The position numbers and the translations under genes were made by a program. From positions 42,718,001 through 42,782,000 of the forward strand of contig NC_042999.1 of assembly GCF_006345805.1 (NCBI RefSeq): DNA of 64,000 nucleotides. The letters are read 5' to 3'. Of this stretch, positions 41,522 to 53,883 are shown piece by piece. Under the pieces are notes generated by a model, which worked only from the letters and a program-made list of their open reading frames with translations, did no database searches and had not been told where the DNA came from. Numbering within the stretch: position 1 is the stretch's first letter; every line of letters starts with the position of its first letter. This DNA is from Octopus sinensis (lineage: Eukaryota).

Positions 41522-41764
41522 ATTGCAGCGTGGAAGGTGTTTATAAGCCATTTAAGAAACACACAAAAACACAGAATTTTGTCAGTGAACAGGTTGTGGT
41601 CTCAAAGCGCTGAGAATATTTTGGCAAATTAAATTTAAATGTTGAAGTGAATCTAACGGTTTTTGTGTGTTTCTTAAATGGCTTATAAACACCATCCAAG
41701 CTGCAATTGTTTTCGTTCCAGCACATTCTCAGATCAGGTCACTTGCAATGCAAGTACATCTCCG

Positions 41765-41808
<44 letters not shown>

Positions 41809-41819
41809 AATCCCCCCAA

Positions 41820-42120
41820 AAAAATGAAGAACAAACACAAAAAGCAACAACATGAGGACGTGTTACATGTAAAGTATTAGCAGACGTTCAGGGAAGGAAA
41901 GAAAGGTGGTTTTTACATTTCAAGCAAAGCTCTTCTTCAGAAAGAGAAGAGTCCAATAGAAAAGGAGGAAAAAAAATCGGAGGTAAAAAAGACAGAGGAA
42001 AAAAAACGCCAATGATTCACATGTGGTTACATTTTGAAATCACCAGAAGGGAATGGGTGAAGAAAAAGTTCTTTCTAAGACAGGAGAGTGTAAGAGAAGG
42101 AGGTATGTGTGGGTATGTGC
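41820..42120 (-). mobile_element. Penelope-like terminal repeat, hammerhead family C
   Basis: Minus strand ttt-CTGAAGA-a-gagc-ttt-gctt-GAAAT-GTA-aaaa (41910-41943). Its end matches the inverted fragments at 13475-13890. Confidence 0.55.
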
Positions 42121-42497
42121 GTACACACGTCTCTGTGAGTATGTGCGTGCGCACAAGTCTGTCTGTGTGTGTGTGTGGTGTTTGTGTGGTATTGGCTGTT
42201 TATCTGTGTATGTGTGAGTGAACTTTGTGTCTCTTAATGTCGTAGGAAGAATTCAGCAACATGGTAACAGGAGTGGTGGTCCTTCGTGTAGTTATGTGTC
42301 TTTTCACATGTGTGTAGAGGAATGGTCAGTAGAAAGGTGTTTGACTGGCAGTTTCAAGTATGTGTTTGCATGCATATGTATGTGTGTGCATATATGTGTA
42401 TGTTGTGCGTATGTGTTTTGTGTATAGTTTGTGCATGCGTCTGTGTGTTTGCATGTGTGTGTGTATGTGTGTGTATGTGCGTGTGCATGTATGTATG

Positions 42498-42531
<34 letters not shown>

Positions 42532-42564
42532 TGTATGTATGTATGTATGTATGTATGTATGTAT

Positions 42565-42847
42565 GGCATATGACATAGTGGTTAAAAGCGCAGGTTACTA
42601 ACCCCAAGATTTTGAGTTTGATTCCAGGCAGTGACCTGAATAATAATAATAACAACAACAACAACATCGAAAAATACCTTAGGAATGAGAACCCAGGTTC
42701 AAAATTTCCCCAAGACACCTGATGAAGGCTGGAGGGTATATCAACCGAAGCGTGTTAACAACAAACAAGATGAGGACAAATATCCGTTAATTGTAAATAA
42801 TGTAAATAATGTATATAATTCCTCATCTCTTAAATATAGAACTGTAT
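42565..42847 (+). mobile_element. tRNA-headed short element with hammerhead motif (family B), mutated core
   Basis: Head 'catagtggttaaaagcgcagg..gagtttgattcc', (AAT/AAC)n, then gacac-CTGATGA-a-ggctg..caacc-GAAGC, then tail hairpin agatgagga/tcctcatct. Confidence 0.75.
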
Positions 42848-42899
42848 TTTCTGTGCATTCTTATGTTTATTGTATCAACACATCTACCACATACAAAGA

Positions 42900-43500
42900 C
42901 CACGTTCTCTGTTACGTTCCTGCGATTTCATTGCACCTCTTATTTGTCCATAGCTTACACCGGGTACACCAAATGGATCTTTTACTTAAAACTTTTCTAC
43001 ATAATGAACAGGGCAATTTCCATGAAGGGGCTAGTAATTTGTCTGCTTTCTTGGTTACTATTACATTGGTCTCTGCTAAATTAACTCTAAGGCCCTTAGA
43101 GTCCAATCCTTGCTTCCATACCTAAAATATCTTCTCCAACTCTAGCAGACATTCAGCCTTAAGAACAAGGTCATCAGCTGAGATGACATCCTAAGGGTAA
43201 TCAGTCTTTAATTCCTCAGTTATGTCCTAAAGGACTACGATAAACTAGAAAGGGTTGAGAATCAATCCTTTGTGAACTCTTACCTGCACACTAAATTCAT
43301 TACTGTACTCAATACCAACTTTCACCTTATTGACAGCATTCCTGTATGTGGCTTGGATGGCTCTCATCAACCATTCACCTACCCCTAGCATCTGCATCAA
43401 GCACCAGATTAGTGAGCAAAGAATTCTGTCAAAGGCTTACTCCATGTCAACCAATGCCATGTACAGCAGTTTATTTTTTTGCTAAGTGCTTCTCTCCCAG
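42900..43500 (-). mobile_element. Decayed RTE LINE fragment
   Basis: MDSKGLRVNLAETNVIVT...PCSLCRK..WCTRCKLW is the RTE post-RT zinc-finger-like segment. Confidence 0.75.
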
Positions 43501-43520
43501 TTGCCTTATGAATGTATGTA

Positions 43521-44383
43521 CGTGGTCTGATCAATAAGTATCCGGGCTGTTGCCATAGTAACAAAGCTAAAGCACGGAGAGTAAAGCCACTCAGCATAGA
43601 TTGACCGTGGACACTACTGTGCATGTGCTCTAAGTTTTAACATTCTAGCTTACTTCCGCTGTTTACAGCAGTGCTTTCAAGGAACGTGTGTAGCGTGTGA
43701 TTATCGCATTGGCCATGACAGAGAAAGTTGAGCAGAGAATCTGCATCAAATTTTACCAAAAGCTTGGCGATACCTGCTCAGAGGCCTACGCAAAGTTTTC
43801 AAAAAGTTTTCATCGTTTTCGACACAATCAAGGAGATCTTGTGCAACTGAAACTTGACTGTCTTTTTGGTCATCTGAAAGCAGTTTTAGTACAAAGTTGG
43901 CAGATGTGTGTCTCACACCCAAATCTTCAGTGATGGTGGACTGAACTGAACCGTAATTAATCTGCACATCCTCTGATAACTCACGGATGGTGATTCAACG
44001 ATTTGGCCTCACAGCTGCACGTACATCTGCGATGTTTTTCTCAGTTCTGTTTGTTGCGGGTTTCCCAGAATGTCCGTCACTATCGACATTTTTTCGGCCA
44101 TCTTTGAAACGTCTGAACCACTCATACACTCCTCTCCATACGCTTTCTGCAGCTTTGAATTGGCCTCTGAGCAGGCCTCGCCATTACAACTTTCTGTCAT
44201 GGTCAATGCGATGATCACACGCTGCACACGTTCCCTCCAAGCACTGCTGTAAACAGTGGAAGTGAGATAGAATGTTAAAACTTAGTGCGCATGCACAGCA
44301 GATTTCAAGGTCAATTTTTGCCAAGCAGCTTCACTCTGCATTCTTTAGCTTTGTTACTATGGCAACAGTCCGCATATTTATTG
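43521..44383. mobile_element. Foldback made of two mariner left ends joined tail to tail
   Basis: Plus arm 43521-43800 (TIR + MTEKVEQRICIKF..). Minus arm 44383-43805 (TIR region + HTH region to ..CVENDENFL). About 270 bp of the arms are inverted repeats. Confidence 0.8.
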
Positions 44384-44391
44384 TGTGTGGA

Positions 44392-44437
<46 letters not shown>

Positions 44438-44494
44438 TATACTTTTCTCACTGGATTCGTTTCCCTTTTTGTCTTCTGCAATTTTATTTTTCGA

Positions 44495-44528
<34 letters not shown>

Positions 44529-44764
44529 GAAATTTCCTCCGTCTGGCTGTTTTTCTATCTACAAAACGGAATGTTGCATTATGGAACAGTTATTTTAACG
44601 AGTTTTTAAAATTTATTTGTCACCCGACAAGATACGTCTGCACCACCGGATACTCCTCCTGTACCAGTTTTTGTTTGTCCCTCAAGAGGAGTCGATGCTA
44701 GATGTGTCGAAAAAATTGTGATTAATAATATATTCTCGTATATTCCATCTTCTTTTTTTCCATT

Positions 44765-44794
<30 letters not shown>

Positions 44795-44803
<9 letters not shown>

Positions 44804-44988
44804 AAGAGAATTCACGAAAAGAAAAAGACGAAGACAGGTGATGTTGAAAACAAACAGATGTATTAGTATAACGCTCGGGAATTGAAAAAGTCTTTAACGT
44901 TTCGAGCCTACGCTCTTCCACAGAAAGGAACACAGAAAGAAACAAGGAGAGAAAAAAATGTGTGTAGTGGCTACCGATCTATCATGGC

Positions 44989-44992
<4 letters not shown>
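44795..44992 (-). mobile_element. Family A hammerhead-motif repeat, best-preserved copy
   Basis: Inserted between (TA)n tracts. CpGs are intact. Confidence 0.75.
44892..44927 (-). ncRNA. Putative minimal type I hammerhead ribozyme (variant core CUGUGGA)
   Basis: CUUU-CUGUGGA-A-GAGC(GUAG)GCUC-GAAAC-GUU/AAAG. 4-bp stem I, 4-bp stem II, palindromic AACGUU stem III. Confidence 0.55.
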
Positions 44993-45048
<56 letters not shown>

Positions 45049-45627
45049 GTGTATGTATGTGCATGCATGTATGTAAGAAAGAGAAAAAGTGAGAGTGATA
45101 GTAAATGTATGTTTGTGCCTCTGTGTGTTGACACTGCATAATAGTTGTAAATGGGCATTACCATCATATAAGTTCCTTCTCTTAACACATTTTCTTTTGG
45201 TTATACACACATACATGCTCACACACATTCACACATAATGTACACATATACAAGCACACATTCACACATACGTATATACATACATTCAATACAGACATAT
45301 TTAAAATACAATGTAATTCAATATACACGAGACATTATATATATGTAGATATAATAGAGATAAATCTAGTTATATATTTAAATGTCTTCTCACTGAAATT
45401 GTAAATGATATCCATTTGTTTTCTTAAGTAAGCAGAAAAATAACTGGGAATCCTTTTACAGGTCTGTTTTGGAGATGGTTGTCTATTCATAAGAGAAAAT
45501 CTACCAGATCCTTTGTCTAACTAGAGTTCTAAATCACTGTATATAGAAATAGCTTAGCAGAATATATCATTAGTACACTCCTTTATTTACATATGATACA
45601 TTATCTGATCGTATAGCTAGTAAAATA

Positions 45628-46143
45628 TTGGGTTGCCCGGAAAGTTCGTGCCGATTTTTAAAGGAAAGAAAAAGGTCAATAAATACTTGCCATTACATTT
45701 TTAATCAACCAAATATGAACCATTTTGTTGCACAATGCGTCTCCATCTTTCCTTTAACTTGAAAATACCCTCTTCCCAGAATTGAGGGAGTTTCATGGCA
45801 AACAATTCATCAAGGTATCTTTTTACGTCATCCAAGGAATTGAAATTTTTACCATTAAGACTATTCTGCAGAGACATGAATAGGTGGAATTCCGAAGGAG
45901 GAATATCTGGTGAATATGGAGGGTGGAGTAACACATCCCAGCCGATCTGCAGCATTTTAAAGGGTTACAAAATTAATACAGGTTATAGGAACATAAACCT
46001 TCTTCCATAAAAACATAGCTTAAACTGTGCTCTAATCCTATTTTATGGAATAGTCAAATCCTATTTTATGGACTCAACCATGTTCTAAAATAAGTCGAAA
46101 GGTAAGCTACTATAAATCGGCACGAACTTTCCGGACAACCCAA
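45628..46143 (-). mobile_element. Internally deleted mariner (516 bp)
   Basis: TIRs ttgggttgcccggaaagttcgtgccgattt and TA TSD. Only the C-terminal transposase remains (HPPYSPDIPPSEFHLF). Confidence 0.9.
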
Positions 46144-46679
46144 TAATATATATTTATATAGATCACGGTGGAAATCAAAACACCTGAAATGTATAGTGCA
46201 GATGTGATGTTTCTACATCGGCTGTAAGTTCTGCTGCTAAGGCCTTCAAATAAATAATTGTTTATTTGTTTGGTAAAAAAAAAAATGGGACATATTCACC
46301 AAGAAAAATCGTTACGTGTCATTCAAAACTAAACTAGTACCAGATTTATGTAAACTACCTTAATTGAATATGGATAAGTTGCATTATGTAATACATATCA
46401 TCATTATTGTTTGATGTCTGCTTTCTATGCTGGCATAGGTTGGACTGCTTGAGAGGAGATGACCAGACAGAAGACTGCACTAGATGTCTGTGTTTGTTTT
46501 GGCATGTTTTTACGACTGGATGCCTTTCCTAACACCAACCGCCCAGCAGAGTGAAACTTGGGGTCCTATTCTTGGGCTATACCATTTCATATACGCTAGT
46601 ATGCAACCCTTTCAAAATCAAAAGTCATCTAAAATCCAACTTTCATTCCAAAGCATTTCAGATTAGTCATTAATTCTGT

Positions 46680-47130
46680 CTCTAATTCTTTCTTTCTTTC
46701 TTCATTTCTTTCTTTCTTTCTTTCTTTCTTTCTCCATTTCTCTCTGTCACTTTTTCTCTTTCTCTCTTTTTCTCCCTCTCTCTCTCTCTCTCTCTTTCTC
46801 TCCCCTCTCTCTCTTTCTCTCTTCTCCCTCTCTTTCTTTCTTTCTTTCTTGCTCTCTCCTTCACTCTTTCCCTCCCTCTCTTTCTTTCTCTCCTCCCTCC
46901 CTCTCCCTTTCTCTCTCTTTCTTTCTATCCTCCCTCCCTCTCCCTCTCCCTCTTTCTCTCTCTCTTTCTCCCCCCTCCCTCTCTCTTTCTCTTTCTCATT
47001 TTTCTTTCTCTTTCTCCTTTTTTCTCTCTTTCTCTCTTTCCCTCCCTCTCTCTTTCTCTTTCTCCTTTTTTCTCTCTTTCTCTCTTTCCCTCCCTCTCGC
47101 TCTCCCTTTCTCCCTTTCTCCCCCTCTCTC
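46680..47130. repeat. CT/CTTT pyrimidine tract
   Basis: Directly visible. A similar tract lies at 50360-50740. Confidence 0.95.
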
Positions 47131-47701
47131 TCGATATATGCATGTGTATATATACACAGGATGCATCAGTTTTTTCAAGGTCCTTTGCAATAGCTCTGAT
47201 CGACTTTTGGGGGGTTTTTATTAATTATTTCTTGGACTTTTGGTTAAGTTCTAATGGCATTAGGACTCCTTACATCCATTTTGCACTTAGATGCTGAGGA
47301 GATCCAAGAGACAATCATTCCATGATAGTGAGTTGACAACCTCCACCTACATACACATATATAATACATGCATACATACGCACGCGCATACACACACACA
47401 CACACATACATATACACACTCGCATGTGCATATGTTTACACACAACATTAGGTGAGAGACTTTATATGCTGCCAGCTTTAATATCAAACACCACCTGGAC
47501 ACGAGGAGGTATGGACTGGCTTTATAGGAGTTCATTCTAATTACATCTTCTCATGTGTAGTGACATTAATTGCCAATGATGATGAAGATGATAATGAGGA
47601 GGAAGATAATGATGGTGATGATGGTGGTGATGTTGATGGTAATGGTGGTGGTGGTGGTGATGGTGGTGGTGGTGATGATGATGATGTTCATGCGGTTGTT
47701 G

Positions 47702-47733
<32 letters not shown>

Positions 47734-48070
47734 GGTGGTGGTGGTGGACGCGGTGGTGGTGAGGATGATGGAGTGTTCAATCTAAATGATACCTGACTGT
47801 AAATTTCATAAAAGTACATTACTGGAAAGACGAGTATTCTGTAAGTCAAAGTTTATTAACTATATAGATTATACTATTAATCACACAAGCCAACAATGAA
47901 GGGGCTTCAACTAGGTCGATAAATTTGCTAGAAATAACAACTACATCATCTTCAAATTACACCCTATCATCTTTAATAACGAAATAACGGGAATTTTGGG
48001 GGAATGTATTTTGGTGGGGTATACTATGTTCCGAAAGGAAAAGATGGAAAGCCACGAGAAGAATACTCTT

Positions 48071-48480
48071 ATTTCTTTATTGCCCACAAGGGGCTAAACA
48101 TAGAGGGGACAAACAAGGATAGACAAAGGGATTAAGACGATTACATTGACCCCAGGGCTTAACTGGTACTTAATTTATCAACCCCGAAAGGATGAAAGGC
48201 AAAGTCGACCTCGGTGGAATTTGAATTCAGAACATAACGGCAGCCGAAATACCTAATTCTTTACTACCCACAAGGGGCTAAACACAGAGAGGACAAACAA
48301 GGACAAACAAACAGATTAAGTTGATTATATCGACCCCAGTGTGTTACTGGTCCTTAATTTATCAACCCCGAAAGGATGAAAGGCAAAGTCGACCTCGGTG
48401 GAATTTGAACTCAGAACGTATCAGCAGACGAAATACCGCTAAGCATTTCACCCGGCGTGCTAACGTTTCTACCAGCTCAT
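48071..48480 (-). mobile_element. Family A SINE dimer with a 10-bp TSD
   Basis: TSD gaatactctt at 48061-48070 and 48487-48496. Internal junction at about 48253. Confidence 0.8.
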
Positions 48481-48564
48481 GGAGAGGAATACTCTTGATC
48501 CTTGCTCTGCTGTCCAGAGCTCTCATGTGGTTAAAGAATCTTTTATCCACTTCTTTTTCCATAA

Positions 48565-49700
48565 ATAGAGTCCACCAAAAAATGTATACACACTTCAAGA
48601 AAAGAAAATAACAAACGCATAGAAATATTTTAATACTAAATTTATTCAGACATTATGGCATTAATACAAGTTACCTTTGACCTCTACAATTACTAGCGGT
48701 GCTCAAAGTGGTGGTCATTAGCTTCCAGGCACTAATTAGTATGATGACCTTCTACTTGAGCAACATTTGCCAAAGTGTCCAATGGGATTGCTACACACGC
48801 CACTTTAATTGCTTCAGGAAAAGCCATCAATATAGCCTGTTTTCTGTGATACATGACATCCTTTAGGGTGCCCCATAAGTAAAAATCTGTAGGAGAATGT
48901 GTGGGGAACGCATCTGCAAATCTTATCCAGTGTCCTTGCAAGTTGTCGTCCAGGTAAGTTCGCACGTCTCAGCAGCAGCATCTTGTCGAAAGAAAAATTC
49001 ATCATTTTTTCATTAAGTGCATGGATGGCAGATAAAATGGACATGCATAGCATGTCTAGGTATGCTTGACCAGTAACAGTACCTTCAAAGAAAAATGGTT
49101 TCATTAAACCTTTTGATGACACTCCATACCTGACATTGGTCCCCAGTAAATTGACTGCTTTGTCCACATGGTGACCAGTAAACAAATATGTTGGTTCACA
49201 GTTCCACTTAACTTAAATTATATTTCATCAGACCATCAGCCTCACAAACTCTTCATCCTCACCTTTCATGTGCTGAAACCACTCGCAAAACCTGATTCTT
49301 CCATCAGGATCGTCATCGTTAATTGCATGTAATAATATTGAGATTTTCCACAGAGCTCTCTTAAGAACGCATTTTATGCTTGTACTTTTTATTCCTATTT
49401 TGCACACATATTGTCTTGTACACTTCTATGGCGAGTGTGTAAAATGTTCCAACACCATAGCCGAGGAAATAGTACTTGTTACTTACTGTACGAGGTCTGC
49501 CGGATTTTCCTTCCTGCACATGACACATGGCACCATGTGTTTCGAACTTATCACCAATCCATGAAATTATCAGACGTATTGAAGGCTTTGTTGCAAACTC
49601 GCGCCTCTATTGTCGTTGAACTTCAACAACAATCTCAAATTTGAAATACCACTTTAAAACGGTCTTACATTCCTTTAACGACAACTGTACCCTTGCTATT
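48565..49700 (-). mobile_element. Decayed Tc1/mariner-superfamily transposon of the rosa/DD41D type
   Basis: Fragments LSLKECKTVLKWYFKFE..EVQRQ, PFFFEGTVTGQAYLDML, YLDDNLQGHWI..DFYLWGTLKD. One TIR-like end 'agagtccaccaaaaaatgtatacacactt'; the other end was not found. Confidence 0.75.
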
Positions 49701-50214
49701 TTGTCACAGTTGCTCACAATAGCATCAAAAATCATATGAAATATTCTAGTATTTTTAATCTCAAAATAATGCCCACTGAATATTTCATATGTCAATAATT
49801 TATCAAGTGCAACTTAACTTTTTCAATATCACATCTTACTATCAGTAAAAATTAAAGTACTTTTAAAATGAAAAATTTTTGTTCATGTCAACAATCGATC
49901 AAATACAACTTAACTTTTTCAGTATCACACCTTACCAAAAGTAAAAATTACAGTTTTTTTTTTAAATGAAAATTGTTTTGAAAATTTTACATTAAAATTT
50001 TTTGAAAAATTGTTTTTAAAAGCCAACCACGTTCAAAAAGGCAAAAAAAAAAAAAAAAGGCAGAAAAAATTTTAAATAAAAAAGATTAAAAGGCAACTTA
50101 CATTAATCTCATGATGTCTGAATAAATTTAGTATCAAAATATTTTCTACACGTTTTTCTTTCCCAGAAGTGTCTGTTCAATTTTTTGACAGAATCTGCAC
50201 ATTTGTGTGTGTGT

Positions 50215-50247
<33 letters not shown>

Positions 50248-50384
50248 ACGCGCGTGCATTACATATTCAGAAATAATATTTGTAGCAATATTAATCAAAT
50301 AGGTAATTAATGAAAACTAAAAGAAATTTTCTTTTGACATATGCGGCCAATATTTCATTTTATAACTCTCTCTCTCTCATCTCA

Positions 50385-50432
<48 letters not shown>

Positions 50433-50473
50433 TCTCTCTCTTCTCTCTCTCTCTCTTTTTCTCTCTCTCTCTT

Positions 50474-50531
<58 letters not shown>

Positions 50532-50582
50532 CTCTTTCTCTCTCTCTTTTCTCTCCTCTCTCTCTCTCTTCTCTCTCTCTCT

Positions 50583-50640
<58 letters not shown>

Positions 50641-50657
50641 CTCTTTCTCTCTCTCTC

Positions 50658-50743
<86 letters not shown>

Positions 50744-50873
50744 GGTCCGGGTTGTGTCGGGGTTAACCACAGTAAATAAGGTACTCAATACATTGCAGAG
50801 TAAACTAATTTATTTTATAGAAGGAGCTTCTACAGGACTAGAACTGTAAATACCAGAACTTATTTTGACAGCC

Positions 50874-50924
50874 AGCTTCCTGAAGATTTCATCTGAATGA
50901 AACAGTTCTAGTCCTGTAGAAGCT
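50874..50924 (+). ncRNA. Putative type I hammerhead ribozyme (family D)
   Basis: AGCUUC-CUGAAGA-[UUUCAUCUGAAU]-GAA-ACAG(UUCUAGUC)CUGU-A/GAAGCU. 6-bp stem I, 4-bp stem III, GUA cleavage triplet; stem II is weak. Confidence 0.55.
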
Positions 50925-51239
50925 CCTTCTATAAAATATATATATATATATAAAAATTATACATGTATGTATTTATGTATGCATGTATGTAGGTATGTAC
51001 TTTGGCTCTCGCCGTAAATTTACTCTTATAGAGAACCTACGTATCCAGTTTTTATCTTGTAACTCGAGTTTCACACCAATGCGATTTTCAGGCGAGTTTT
51101 CAACATATATTGAGCACTCCCTTGTCATACTTTCGATTAACCATACATACATGCATACATACATATATGCATGCATGCATACATACATACATACATACAT
51201 ACATACATACATACATACATACATACATACATACATACA

Positions 51240-51271
<32 letters not shown>

Positions 51272-51273
<2 letters not shown>

Positions 51274-52422
51274 CATGGTGTGCGGGCAAAATTTGACAGT
51301 TTGCACAAAAATAAAAGAAAGCGCAATGCCCAATCCAAAAATATAAGTAATTTTAAAAATCAAAAATATCAGCCAGGTTATGGCTGGAAGATAACAATTT
51401 ACTCAAAGCAGCCTTTCTCAGTTCCCACGACAACCGCAAGACGGCTTCGGTCTCTGGCGCATCAGTTCCTCACTGTGATCCTGAGAATATCTTTGAACAC
51501 CTCGTTGAGCTTGGCCACCAACTCGGCAAGCACAACATTTGATGTCTTTTTAACATGATTCCTTTATGATTTGCTAATTCTGGCCGTTTTTCTTTGATTG
51601 CTTCCTCCAGTTTCATTAGTTATTGACGGTAAGCCTCTGAATTGATCGTCTGGTTCCTTGGAAGCAGTTCAAAATACACGACACCTTTGTAGTCCCACCA
51701 AATTGACAGCATGGCCTTTTTTATGCAATTCAGTTTTCGATGTGGATTTCGATTGATTTTATTGTAGATAATCCATTTTCCATCACCAGTGATGATTCGT
51801 TTCCAAAAAGGTTGATTTCATTGCGTTTGAGATACATATCGCAAATATTGATTCGTTGTGTTAAGTGAATCTTTTTCAATTTATGTGGAACCCAAATATC
51901 GAGCTTTTTAATGAGTCCAGAACATTTTAAATGATCTTCAATTGTTGTGTGTGATACATTTAACCTCTCTGCAATCTTTCGCACAGTTAATATGACAATC
52001 AGATTCAGCCATGGCTTTGATTTGGTCATCGTCAACTTCAATAGGTCGACCAGAACGTTGGTTATCTTTGAGACAAAAATCTGCAGAACAGAATTTTTAA
52101 AATCATTTCTGACATTTGCGTTTTGTTAAGCAATCATCACCATAAACTTCTCATTACTCTTTCTGAGCCTCAGCAGCTTTCTTGTCTTTACGGAAATTAA
52201 AAAGCAAAATATGGAGAAAACGTTCATTTTTTTTCATTCCATGTTAAAATTGACGCTGAATTAACAGCTGTAAACAAAATTAAGCGCAATTTGCTGCTAA
52301 AGAAAGCTAAAAGTAACGGCTATCAAATGTTAAAAGGGAAAAAATCATAACATTGACAAAAGTTATTAAAAACAATCGTAACTCACTTTGCGAAAAACGA
52401 AATTATTTTCTTTGCAATCCAA
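51272..52422 (-). mobile_element. Mariner 5' two-thirds fused to the 3' end of a maT/DD37D-like element
   Basis: Mariner TIR at about 52400-52422, WVPHKL, LSIWWDYKGVVYFELL, ..RPELANHKGIML. Then a switch at about 51545 to ..VRN*CARDRSRLAVVVGTEKGCFE* and a different terminal sequence. Confidence 0.7.
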
Positions 52423-53008
52423 TATATATATATATATATATCGCAGGTGTAGAAGCGCGGTTAATAAGTTTGCTTCCCAAACACATAGTTTTGGGTTCAG
52501 TTCCACTGCGTGACACCTTGGGTAGGTGTCTTCTACTACAGCGTTTGGGCTGATCAAAGCCTTGCGAGCAGATTTTGTTGGCAGAAACTGAAAAAGGCCC
52601 TTCGTATAGATATACTCTCTTTCACTCTCTTTTACTTGTTTCAGTCATTTGACTGCGACCATGCTGGAGCACCGCCTTTAATCGAACAACTCAACCCCGG
52701 GACTTATTCTTTTGTAAGCCCAGTACTTATTCTATCGGTCTCTTTTGCCGAACCGCTAAGTGACGGGGACGTAAACACACCAACATCGGTTGTCAAGCAA
52801 TGCTAGGGGAACAAACACAGACACGCAAACACACACACATACATATATATATATATACGACTTCTTTCAGTTTCCGTCTACCAAATCCACTCACAAGGCT
52901 TTGGTCGGCCCGAGGCTATAGCAGAAGACACTTGCCAAAGATGCCACGCAGTGGGACTGAACCCGGAACCAAGTGGTCGGTTAGCAAGCTACTTACCACA
53001 CAGCCACT

Positions 53009-53098
<90 letters not shown>

Positions 53099-53433
53099 TA
53101 CTGTGTGGGTGAGTGTGCGTGCGCATGTTTGTGTTCCTTTATCTTGATGTCACGTGATTGTTGCAGACGAATGTCATTCATTTCCAATATTCTGCAAAAG
53201 CTTGTCTAGTCATGGGAAGATATTAGGTTACTTTGGAAGAGGCAAGGGTTGGTGACAGGATAGGCATTCGGACATAGAAAATCTGCCTCTATCAACTTCG
53301 TTCGACCCGTACAAGCACGGATAAGCGAACGTTAAAACGATGATGATGATGATAATGACGGTGATGATAATATATGTACGTCTATAAGTATATATGTATA
53401 TGAGTGTGTATTTATACACGCACACAAACCTAA

Positions 53434-53807
53434 TCTCTCTCTATATAAACGGCAGTTTGTCTGTGTGTCTGTTTGGTTGTACCCTCACTCTGACCACGGC
53501 TTTCAACCGATTCTGATGAAACTTGACACACACACAGCCCAATGTTATAATTCAAAACTAACGCAGCGAAAATTTTGAAAAGTTCCCCCAGTTCTGAAAA
53601 AGAACGATAAATTCGACATGGGGTCGACAATCAGAAACACAAACCACAGATGGTCTAGGGGACGCAACTCGACCTTTTTAACTATCAAAAAAAAATTTAC
53701 CATCATTTTTTTCCCCATTTTTTTTCTATTTTTTGGCTATAACTCTCTAAAAATGCTTTATAGTTATTTCCCTTACAAACCCGAGCAACGCCGGGCGATA
53801 CTGCTAG
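53434..53807 (+). mobile_element. Non-autonomous Helitron, copy 1
   Basis: 5' A|TC.., 3' hairpin cccgagc-aac-gccggg and CTAG|T terminus, no TSD. Confidence 0.85.
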
Positions 53808-53848
53808 TTATACATATGTGTATGCATGCATATATGTCTATGGGTATA

Positions 53849-53883
<35 letters not shown>

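Noticed and set aside
49808-49975. About 95-bp imperfect tandem duplication
   Set aside because: An ordinary local duplication in AT-rich DNA with no further signal.
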